Part shown: piece after piece, positions 1-8,821 of the stretch
How positions within the stretch are numbered: the first letter of the stretch is position 1
How the letters are laid out: every line of letters starts with the position of its first letter
Origin: Candidatus Yonathbacteria bacterium RIFCSPLOWO2_01_FULL_43_27
Lineage (GTDB): Bacteria; Patescibacteriota; Minisyncoccia; Phycocordibacterales; UBA1550
Assembly (NCBI GenBank): GCA_001823545.1
Contig: MHUV01000006.1
Coordinates: 27,437 to 91,436, forward strand
Direction of reading: 5' to 3'
DNA: 64,000 nt
Program-made: the position numbers and the translations under genes
The notes under the pieces: model-generated
Told to the model about the DNA's origin: nothing
Seen by the model: the letters and a program-made list of their open reading frames with translations, nothing else
The model's database searches: none

Positions 1-554
1 TCTCTTTTCACCACTTCGTATTTCTTAATTGTTTCGTTATTAATAGCAGCAATAATAACTTCTACCTTGCCGAGTGGTTCTGCGGAAATACTTTTTGGTA
101 ATGAAATAGCAGGAGGCTTGGAATCAGTTTTTCTTTTAGGAAGAACCCACCAATCTAGTGTAACCTCAGTGATAGGTACAGGAATATAACGTCGTGCCTC
201 GAGCGGGATCATTGTCTCGATTTCCTTTTTGCTTACGGCAGGTAATTCAACGACCGAAAGAAGACTCGACTTAAAAGGAATAGTAAACGTAGTATGTTTG
301 GGTGAAATACCCATTTCATTGAAAAGATCTTTCAAAGCTGCGGAAATCTTTTCGGGAGAAAGAACTGTTGCTTGGCCCGAGGAAACGCCCGCACGAGAAC
401 CAAGTGAAATCTCACCATAATTACGAAGCACAACCTTTTCGTTACTTTTCTCAAGCTCAACAACTTTTATTGACGACTCGCCAATATCGATCCCCACGGA
501 ACTTCCTGTGTGTCCCCCGAAAAGAATTTCTTTTATAGGATCAAAAAATGACAT
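1..554 (-). CDS. Type IV pilus assembly protein PilM-like (actin-like ATPase fold). The window contains the N-terminal ~184 aa; the C-terminal part of the gene lies beyond position 1.
   Basis: Reverse-strand ORF starting at ATG 554-552 reads MSFFDPIKEILFGGHTGSSVGIDIGESSIKVVELEK... The VGIDIG-SSIKVVEL motif is typical of the PilM N-terminus. The ORF is absent from the track because it runs off the window edge. Confidence 0.55.
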   Translation of the reverse strand, partial: MSFFDPIKEILFGGHTGSSVGIDIGESSIKVVELEKSNEKVVLRNYGEISLGSRAGVSSGQATVLSPEKISAALKDLFNEMGISPKHTTFTIPFKSSLLSVVELPAVSKKEIETMIPLEARRYIPVPITEVTLDWWVLPKRKTDSKPPAISLPKSISAEPLGKVEVIIAAINNETIKKYEVVKR

Positions 555-719
555 AGTATGGTATCTGGAAAAGATGAGTTATGGTAAAAATAAATCGTAC
601 AAAAAATTCTTTTATATATTATACTACAAAATATAAAATAAAAGCAGTGTAATTGCCTCAGTAATCCACAGTTGAAATTTTCACCGTCCTCAAGCAGTAA
701 AATCAACAAATACATCTAA

Positions 720-1382
720 ATGTATACATTTAAAAAAATTGTTACGTATATACTTGATATACTCTTTCCATATGAATGCGCAGGATGTCGCGCCCACGGC
801 GTACTGTTTTGTAACAGATGTCTTGAATCCTGCCCACGTGCCACATCCACAAAACATTCATTTATTTATGCCGTTTTTGACTACCAAAACCCCATAATAA
901 AGCGTTCATTATGGCGATTTAAATACGAAAATGTACGTGCTTTTGCAGAGATCTTTGCACGACCACTGTATGAAAAAATTCTTGATGAACTCTGTGATGA
1001 TATTGATACGCATCAACAAGAAAAATATCTCCTTATCCCTATCCCCCTTCACTCAAGCAGGCGTCGCGAACGTGGGTACAATCAAAGCGAACACCTTGCA
1101 CAAGGAGTTATGTCACACGATAATAGTAGTATTTTTGAATTCGCACCAGAAGTGCTCATACGTATTCGCAAAACAAAACCGCAAGCACGCGCAGAAAAAC
1201 GCACCTCGCGCATCACCAACCTTCATGAAGCATTTACGTGCCCCGACCCTACCCGCATTCGTGGACGCACGATCATTCTTATTGATGACGTAACAACCAC
1301 CGGCGCAACCCTCCTCTCTGCAAAACACACACTCTCCTCTGCACATCCACGCAAAATTCTTGCTTGTACCGTGGCGCATTAA
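720..1382 (+). CDS. ComF-family protein (phosphoribosyltransferase domain with N-terminal Cys4 zinc finger)
   Basis: CAGC...CNRC Zn-finger, then the PRTase motif TIILIDDVTTTGATL. Confidence 0.8.
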   Translation: MYTFKKIVTYILDILFPYECAGCRAHGVLFCNRCLESCPRATSTKHSFIYAVFDYQNPIIKRSLWRFKYENVRAFAEIFARPLYEKILDELCDDIDTHQQEKYLLIPIPLHSSRRRERGYNQSEHLAQGVMSHDNSSIFEFAPEVLIRIRKTKPQARAEKRTSRITNLHEAFTCPDPTRIRGRTIILIDDVTTTGATLLSAKHTLSSAHPRKILACTVAH

Positions 1383-1411
1383 ACAAGGGGCTCAGCCAAA
1401 CACGCAATTTT

Positions 1412-1437
1412 CGCTTTCAAATCCCTCATTTTTGCGC
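1412..1437 (+). repeat. Partial tRNA 3'-half-like repeat (CGCTTTCAAATCCCTCATT core), copy 1
   Basis: 19-nt exact repeat shared with 1587-1605. It contains a T-loop/acceptor-like TTCAAATCCCTCAT identical to the tRNA-Ser gene sequence but in inverted orientation. Confidence 0.5.
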
Positions 1438-1586
1438 AAAATATAATCGTGAACACGTTGTGTTCAACTTTTTATTTTGCGGAGGATGAGGGATGTTTGA
1501 CCAAGAACATTTTTTGTCGCCGTCGCTTCAAAAAATTTCTCAGTCCTGCTCACGCGACCCATTCTACTGAATGGGTTCCCCGCGTT

Positions 1587-1613
1587 CGCTTTCAAATCCC
1601 TCATTCCTCGCGC
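1587..1613 (+). repeat. Partial tRNA 3'-half-like repeat, copy 2
   Basis: Same 19-nt core as 1412-1430. Its 3' flank CATTCCTCGCGC resembles the acceptor end of the adjacent tRNA-Ser. Confidence 0.5.
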
Positions 1614-1655
1614 AATTATAACCACTCAAACGCTACGCGTTTTCGCGGACAATTG

Positions 1656-1741
1656 CGGAGGATGAGGGATTTGAACCCTCGAGACCCTTTCGAGCCTGCC
1701 GCCTTTCCAAGGCGGTGCACTAGACCACTATGCGAATCCTC
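1656..1741 (-). tRNA. tRNA-Ser (anticodon GGA), class II with long variable arm
   Basis: Manual fold: acceptor GGAGGAT/ATCCTCC, 3-bp D-stem, anticodon stem CCGCC/GGCGG with loop TTGGAAA, long variable arm, T-arm GAGGG-TTCAAAT-CCCTC, discriminator G. No encoded CCA. Confidence 0.7.
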
Positions 1742-1880
1742 CCTAGAACAAATTTGAAAAATTTGTTCGGGCGAGCAATTTGCGTAGCAAATTGCTTTAG
1801 CCGTAATCCCCACCACTGTAACAAAAAAACGCTATTTTTGCACGGAAAAATAAGTCAGACTTTTCTGATATACTACCCAC

Positions 1881-3530
1881 ATGAAGCAATCCGAAGCCCT
1901 CGCTATCCTCAAAATGGGACATAATGCGTTTATAACAGGCGCCGCAGGAAGTGGTAAGACACACCTCTTGAACGAATACATTCGCTATCTCCGCGAACAC
2001 AATGCACAAATCGGCATCACTGCTTCAACGGGTATTGCGGCGACTCACATGGGAGGCACGACCATTCACGCATGGTCGGGACTTGGTATCAGGGACACGC
2101 TGAGCGCATACGACCTCGAAGCGCTTGAGGAAAAACCGTATCTCTGGAAACGTTTCGAAAATGTGCACGTTCTTATCATTGATGAAATTTCCATGCTTCA
2201 TCATTATCGCTTGGACCTCGTGGATAAAATTGCACGTTCATTCAAAAGAACTGACAAACCGTTTGGCGGTATGCAAACGATTCTCTGTGGTGATTTCTTT
2301 CAGCTTCCCCCTGTATCACGCGCATACGAACGGCCCGCTGAGTTCTGCTATCACGCAGAGGTATGGGATAAGCTTGATCTCAAGATATGCTATCTCGAAG
2401 AACAACATCGTCAAGAAGATGGCGCGTACCTCGACATTCTAAACGCAATTCGTGACAATGCTGTTTCGCCAGAAACTACGCGCATCCTCGCCACGCGCAA
2501 GAATCAAAAACCAGAAAGTATTGCGGAGCCAACAAAACTCTACACCCATAACACTGATGTCGACACAGAAAATATGTGTGAACTTGAAAAAATTCCCGGA
2601 GAAACTTTTGAATACACCATGACATCAAAAGGAAGGGAAAATCTCGTTGCTATTCTCAAAAAAAGCTGTCTGGCACCAGAAAAACTTTGTCTCAAGAAAG
2701 GTGCGCGCGTAATGTTCGTAAAAAATAATTTTGAAGAAAAGTATGCGAATGGCACACTCGGTATTATAGAAGAATGTACCTCGCTCGGCATCAAAGTACG
2801 TCTCGCTAATAAGCGTATTATTGATGTAAAACCAACAAGTTGGCGAATTGACGAGGATGGCAAAGTGAAAGCAGAAATCACCCAATACCCCCTTCGTCTC
2901 GCATGGGCTATCACGATTCACAAAAGCCAAGGCATGAGCCTCGACGCCGCCTTGGTCGACCTCTCGCAATCGTTTGAAAAAGGTATGGGGTACGTCGCGC
3001 TTTCGCGCGTGCGCACACTAGGAGGACTTTCCCTGAAAGGAATGAACTCTAACGCCCTTGAGGTTAATCCTGAAGTTACTCTTTTTGATATACAATTTCG
3101 CGAGGCATCACAAAAGCATACCAAGAACCTTCACGCAAACTCTCCAGAAGAAATTGCGCGTAGTCATCAGGAGCATCTTAGAAAAGTAGCACCGCAAAAG
3201 AACGTGAAAGCAAAAAAAGTAGACACTACCGAGGAAACAATACGTCTCGTACGTGAAGGAAAAATGCTAAAAGAAATTGTCGCAATACGAGCACTTAAAC
3301 TAGGCACTATTTTGGACCATTTAGAAAAAATCAAAGAAAATGACCCCACTGTAGATCTCTCCCCACTCGAAAAAAATATGCCAAAAGCACGACTTCAAAA
3401 AATTATTCAAGCACTCAATAAGAGCGGTATGCATGGTGGCGTGTATTTACTCACCCCCACAAAAGCACTCCTCAGTAAAGATATTTCATTCGAAGAAATC
3501 CGCATCGCACGATTGTTATTAAAAAAATAA
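1881..3530 (+). CDS. Pif1/RecD-family ATP-dependent DNA helicase (AAA_30 P-loop) with C-terminal HTH-like extension
   Basis: Motifs GAAGSGKT, ITASTGIAA, LIIDEISM, GDFFQLPPV, TIHKSQG. Confidence 0.85.
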   Translation: MKQSEALAILKMGHNAFITGAAGSGKTHLLNEYIRYLREHNAQIGITASTGIAATHMGGTTIHAWSGLGIRDTLSAYDLEALEEKPYLWKRFENVHVLIIDEISMLHHYRLDLVDKIARSFKRTDKPFGGMQTILCGDFFQLPPVSRAYERPAEFCYHAEVWDKLDLKICYLEEQHRQEDGAYLDILNAIRDNAVSPETTRILATRKNQKPESIAEPTKLYTHNTDVDTENMCELEKIPGETFEYTMTSKGRENLVAILKKSCLAPEKLCLKKGARVMFVKNNFEEKYANGTLGIIEECTSLGIKVRLANKRIIDVKPTSWRIDEDGKVKAEITQYPLRLAWAITIHKSQGMSLDAALVDLSQSFEKGMGYVALSRVRTLGGLSLKGMNSNALEVNPEVTLFDIQFREASQKHTKNLHANSPEEIARSHQEHLRKVAPQKNVKAKKVDTTEETIRLVREGKMLKEIVAIRALKLGTILDHLEKIKENDPTVDLSPLEKNMPKARLQKIIQALNKSGMHGGVYLLTPTKALLSKDISFEEIRIARLLLKK

Positions 3531-3637
3531 TAGCTCGTAGTACTCTATTGGCGTCCAAACCTAATACCTATGATCTTGTAGCTGAGATTAGGTATTTAAT
3601 TAATAACCCACTAAAATAAAATTCTCGCCATCGCTAT

Positions 3638-3671
3638 CGACGTATAATATACTATAGTATATTATACGTCG
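3638..3671. repeat. 34-bp perfect palindrome CGACGTATAATATACTATAGTATATTATACGTCG, copy 1 (candidate operator)
   Basis: Exact self-complementary sequence, identical to 4247-4280. It carries TATAAT on both strands. Confidence 0.9.
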
Positions 3672-3686
3672 GGGGTGTAAAAAAAA

Positions 3687-4232
3687 TTATATTTTAAAAG
3701 TCTTTCTAAGTATGTCATCACCCTCGATACGTTCAGCGAGTATAAGTTTGATGTCCTTCCTCACATTAAAACATCTGCCTACAAAATCAATTTCTTCTTT
3801 GCAAGGAAATGGGGTAATGAAAACAGATTTTTGGTACTGAACACACCCAAGTTTTTTAAGAGCAAAATTTATTGAACGTCGCGCCTGTTTTTTATTTTCT
3901 GAGACATCAAACATAACAATACGCCATTTTCCATCCCATTTATCTTGATGGGTGATCTTCATTACTTCAAGTTTATGACGTAAAGCTTTTTCTTCTCCTT
4001 TTGTGGTTAAAATAAAACCATCCTCTCCCACATTTTTCCTCATAACGAGTCCTTGTTTTTCAAGACGAATAAGGGATTTTTTAATTCTATCTCGCTCAGG
4101 GGTATTTCTCGGTTTAAAATATTTAAAAAGCTGTACCGCATTAGGCATCGTAACCGCCACTGCAACTACCCCCGTAGCTAATATCAACGAAAGTATCATT
4201 TCTGCTATTTCTCCCTTATTGTATTTTTTCAT
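3687..4232 (-). CDS. Membrane-anchored winged-helix protein with C-terminal Cas2/PaaX_C-like domain (putative transcriptional regulator)
   Basis: N-terminal TM helix, wHTH-like LIRLEKQGLV...FILTTKGEE, then WRIVMFDVSE...ARR...LKKLGCVQYQKSVF, which resembles the Cas2/PaaX C-terminal pattern. The family assignment is by motif only. Confidence 0.45.
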   Translation of the reverse strand: MKKYNKGEIAEMILSLILATGVVAVAVTMPNAVQLFKYFKPRNTPERDRIKKSLIRLEKQGLVMRKNVGEDGFILTTKGEEKALRHKLEVMKITHQDKWDGKWRIVMFDVSENKKQARRSINFALKKLGCVQYQKSVFITPFPCKEEIDFVGRCFNVRKDIKLILAERIEGDDILRKTFKI

Positions 4233-4241
4233 ATTAATTTT

Positions 4242-4285
4242 AATATCGACGTATAATATACTATAGTATATTATACGTCGATATT
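4242..4285. repeat. Same 34-bp perfect palindrome (4247-4280), copy 2, extended to 44 bp by ATAT flanks
   Basis: Identical to 3638-3671. It lies 15 bp upstream of the ATG of the 3687-4232 gene and overlaps its likely -10 region. Confidence 0.9.
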
Positions 4286-4346
4286 GTTATTTAATTTTAC
4301 AAAATAGGTAGACGAAATACCACACTGTAATACACCTATTGAAAGA

Positions 4347-5243
4347 TTATTTTTCTGCGCCACGTAATGTAGCTATGCGCTCTTGTATCGGCGGATGCGT
4401 ACTGAAGATCTTTGACATAAAAGAAGCAGTGCCACCATTTTTCAAAGGATTCGCAATATACAAATGTGCCATTGCAGTATTCTTGCGCGCAAGTCCGTGA
4501 GGGTATGCAGAAATTTTCTCTAGCGCGGATGCAAGTCCTTCGGGATAGCGAGTAAGAAGTGCACCCGAAGCGTCGGCAAGAAATTCACGCTTGCGCGAGA
4601 TCGCAAGATGGATAAGTTGTGCAACGATCGGCGCGAGGATTGCAAGAACAATACCCGCGATCATCAGAATTGCGCCCGCACGATTGTCACGATCGCGCCC
4701 TCCACCTAGATGCGATGTTCGTAAGGCCAGATCCGACATAATAGCGATAAAACCAACGAGTACAACCACCACGGTCGCCAGAAGTGTGTCGCGGTTACCG
4801 ATATGCGAAAGCTCGTGTGCAATTACTCCCTCAAGTTCATTTTTATTGAGTGTTGCAAGAAGTCCCGTGGTAACCGCAATTGCCGAATGCTCTTTGTCGC
4901 GCCCTGTCGCAAATGCATTAGGCGAATCATCGTGGATGATGTAAGTCTTTGGCATAGGAAGCCCCGCGGTAATAGAGAGATTTTCAACAGCGTTCCATAA
5001 ATAGAAATACTGTTCGCGTGTTATGGGCTGTGCGCCAGACATTTTGATAACCAACGTATCTGAATACCAATAACTCCAGATATTCATACCAACACTGAAC
5101 AGCACTCCAACATAGAGAATGAGCGGATTTTGATACACATAGCTAAACCCCCATGTGATAGCAATCACTACGACAAAAAACACAGCCATAAGAAGCCATG
5201 TTTTGTGCTTATTTTGATCTTGGTGCGTATAAAGGGTTGCCAT
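4347..5243 (-). CDS. htpX: Zinc metalloprotease HtpX (M48 family)
   Basis: HELSH (HExxH) motif, multiple TM helices, STHPP...ERI C-terminal motif. Confidence 0.85.
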   Translation of the reverse strand: MATLYTHQDQNKHKTWLLMAVFFVVVIAITWGFSYVYQNPLILYVGVLFSVGMNIWSYWYSDTLVIKMSGAQPITREQYFYLWNAVENLSITAGLPMPKTYIIHDDSPNAFATGRDKEHSAIAVTTGLLATLNKNELEGVIAHELSHIGNRDTLLATVVVVLVGFIAIMSDLALRTSHLGGGRDRDNRAGAILMIAGIVLAILAPIVAQLIHLAISRKREFLADASGALLTRYPEGLASALEKISAYPHGLARKNTAMAHLYIANPLKNGGTASFMSKIFSTHPPIQERIATLRGAEK

Positions 5244-5252
5244 TTCTGACGA

Positions 5253-5807
5253 TTAGAAACTAACTTTTACTGGCTCACGAGCAGCATCGTTACCAAGCTC
5301 AAAGAATTCCTGTTTACCAAAATTGAACACACCTGCGATGATATTTCCCGGAAATACTTCAATAGCGGTATTAAGATCGCGTACATTACTGTTGTAAAAA
5401 CGACGTGCTGCCTGAATTTTGTTCTCAGTATCAGAAAGTTCTGCTTGAAGCGCGAGGAAATTCTGATTTGCTTTGAGGTCTGGGTACGCCTCGGTCACTG
5501 CAAAAATTGTCTTGAGTGCTGACGTTACCATATTGTCTGCAACCTCTTTGTCGTGTACTGACTGTGCACCGAGTGCTTGTGCGCGCGCTTTCGTAACATT
5601 CTCAAATGCTGCGCTCTCGTGTGTGGCATATCCTTTTACCGTCTCGACGAGATTAGGAATGAGGTCATAACGACGTTTGAGTTGTACATCAATATCTGCC
5701 CACGCTTCCTTCGTGCGATTCACCAGTCTTATAAAACCATTGTACGAGATGATTGCCCATATAGCGACAACAGCGATGATTCCTAAAATAATATATACGA
5801 TATTCAT
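5253..5807 (-). CDS. lemA: LemA family protein
   Basis: N-terminal TM plus the conserved LemA core (GFIRLVNRTKEAWADIDVQLKRRYDLIPNLVETVKGYATHE). Typical lemA-htpX pairing. Confidence 0.85.
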   Translation of the reverse strand: MNIVYIILGIIAVVAIWAIISYNGFIRLVNRTKEAWADIDVQLKRRYDLIPNLVETVKGYATHESAAFENVTKARAQALGAQSVHDKEVADNMVTSALKTIFAVTEAYPDLKANQNFLALQAELSDTENKIQAARRFYNSNVRDLNTAIEVFPGNIIAGVFNFGKQEFFELGNDAAREPVKVSF

Positions 5808-5890
5808 AATTAAGTTTATTTAATGAGGAGCGTTTTTCACCTCATACTACTAAATGCTTATCCAACTATTATACCACAAAACAAACACTA

Positions 5891-6271
5891 TTACAGAGAG
5901 GCCTGAATCTGTGGGACTGGTACCCCTTTTGGATTTGTTCCGTATATGTTATCACCTGCCTGACTGTCCGTAACCAAGAAAATAAGAAGGATAATACTGC
6001 CAACAATAGGAATGAGACCAAGAAGTATCCACCATGCGCTGTGGTTGGTATCGTGAAGTCTACGCACATACACCGCAAGAGAAGGAACGAGCACCGCAAG
6101 GAGATATACAATACCGAGAACCTGAATAAAAGTTGAATCAAGTGCAAAGGAAAGGAAATTGAAACCAAGCATAATGAGGACATTAACGAGCGTGAACATC
6201 CAATACTCTTTTCTGCCAGCCCTTCCATTAAACAAGGCATATTTTTTCAACACCTCAATATAATTATCCAT
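5891..6271 (-). CDS. DUF805-family inner membrane protein
   Basis: FNGRAGRKEYW motif and multiple TM helices, typical of DUF805/YhaH-like proteins. Confidence 0.7.
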   Translation of the reverse strand: MDNYIEVLKKYALFNGRAGRKEYWMFTLVNVLIMLGFNFLSFALDSTFIQVLGIVYLLAVLVPSLAVYVRRLHDTNHSAWWILLGLIPIVGSIILLIFLVTDSQAGDNIYGTNPKGVPVPQIQASL

Positions 6272-6321
6272 ATATGATATATATTTACTCTTATAATACT
6301 AATATAATTAGTATTTCACAC

Positions 6322-6358
6322 CACACAGAAAACACAAGGTTTGACCTTGTGTTTTCTG
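6322..6358 (-). terminator. 16-bp perfect stem-loop downstream of groEL
   Basis: CACAGAAAACACAAGG-TTTGA-CCTTGTGTTTTCTGTG. No clear U-tract. Confidence 0.45.
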
Positions 6359-6383
6359 TGTTCAAAACAGCCATATTGCAAAA

Positions 6384-8054
<1,671 letters not shown>

Positions 8055-8357
8055 TTATTTGATTATTGCTAAAATATTCGACTCACTGAGAATAAAAAAT
8101 TCTTCTCCATCAATTTTAATTTCATCGGGACCATACTTTGAGAATAAAATTTCATCGCCAACGTTGACCGTAGGTTTAATGACAACCCCTGCGTCTGTCG
8201 TGCGTCCGAGTCCCACCGCTACCACAGTACCTTGTTCGGGACGTTCTTTTCCTGCGGTATCAGGAATAATAATACCACTCTTTGTTTTAGTCGTGGGCAC
8301 AAGGGCGCGTACCAAGACGCGATCACCAAGGGGAGTAATTTTTCGTTTTGTACTCAT
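8055..8357 (-). CDS. groS: Co-chaperonin GroES (10 kDa)
   Basis: PLGDRVLVR...GIIIPD...GTVVAVG, immediately upstream of groEL. Confidence 0.95.
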   Translation of the reverse strand: MSTKRKITPLGDRVLVRALVPTTKTKSGIIIPDTAGKERPEQGTVVAVGLGRTTDAGVVIKPTVNVGDEILFSKYGPDEIKIDGEEFFILSESNILAIIK

Positions 8358-8462
8358 AGATTAATTAATGGTTATTATATTTGAACGTAATAATGTAATA
8401 TGTGCGGGATATCTAGAAAGTATCCGCTTTCCTAGTATATGCGCACGGTAAAAGCTTGCAAC

Positions 8463-8491
8463 TTGACTAAAGAACGTAATGGGTGTATAAT
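8463..8491 (+). promoter_or_regulatory. Consensus-like sigma70 promoter TTGACT-N17-TATAAT
   Basis: TTGACT at 8463-8468, 17-bp spacer, TATAAT at 8486-8491. It points into the small GC-rich ORF. Confidence 0.5.
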
Positions 8492-8567
8492 ACTACATAG
8501 ATACGAAAGGTCCTATTCTATCGGGCACTAGTTCTGGTCAATAATGACCCAACAATTAGGAGGTTTT

Positions 8568-8714
8568 ATGCCGCCGAACGGAAGAATAACCAAAAACGTA
8601 GGTAAAACCTTTGTGACGGCTGACGCCATGGCCAGGACCAACGAGAGCACCAAAGTGAACGACAGATTGCACGGCGCCCACGACATTCCCGGGCACGGCA
8701 AGTTCGGCGCATAA
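8568..8714 (+). CDS. Small ORF, 48 aa (MPPNGRITKNVGKTFVTADAMARTNESTKVNDRLHGAHDIPGHGKFGA), unknown function
   Basis: AGGAGG sits 7 nt upstream of the ATG. The ORF is GC-rich relative to its surroundings and is followed by an intrinsic terminator. It is not in the ORF track (<60 aa). It could instead be part of an ncRNA. Confidence 0.3.
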   Translation: MPPNGRITKNVGKTFVTADAMARTNESTKVNDRLHGAHDIPGHGKFGA

Positions 8715-8756
8715 GACCACGACCGGACCGCCAGTATTTTTTGTTTAGCAACACAT

Positions 8757-8793
8757 AGCCCTCACTCTCCGGAGTGAGGGCTATTAATTTTTT
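8757..8793 (+). terminator. Rho-independent terminator (AGCCCTCACTC-TCCG-GAGTGAGGGCT + ATTAATTTTTT)
   Basis: 11-bp perfect GC-rich stem followed by a T-rich tract on the + strand. Confidence 0.7.
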
Positions 8794-8821
8794 ACGCTCT
8801 CATAAAATAAATGATCTTGAC

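Noticed and set aside
3638-4280. The 34-bp palindromes as REP elements mobilised by the RAYT at 56977
   Set aside because: Only two copies, AT-rich, and precisely bracketing one gene. REPs are typically GC-rich and numerous. An operator-type role fits better.
3638-4280. The 34-bp palindromes as intrinsic terminators
   Set aside because: Neither is followed by a U-tract on the relevant strand, and both contain TATAAT.
8358-8560. CIRCE (HrcA) operator upstream of groES-groEL
   Set aside because: No TTAGCACTC-N9-GAGTGCTAA-like inverted repeat in the groES upstream region, only unrelated short imperfect inverted repeats.
8490-8800. Known structured RNA (tmRNA, SRP RNA, RNase P, 6S) in the GC-rich stretch
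   Set aside because: None of the conserved motifs of these RNAs are recognisable by eye. Kept as an unknown small ORF/ncRNA candidate instead.
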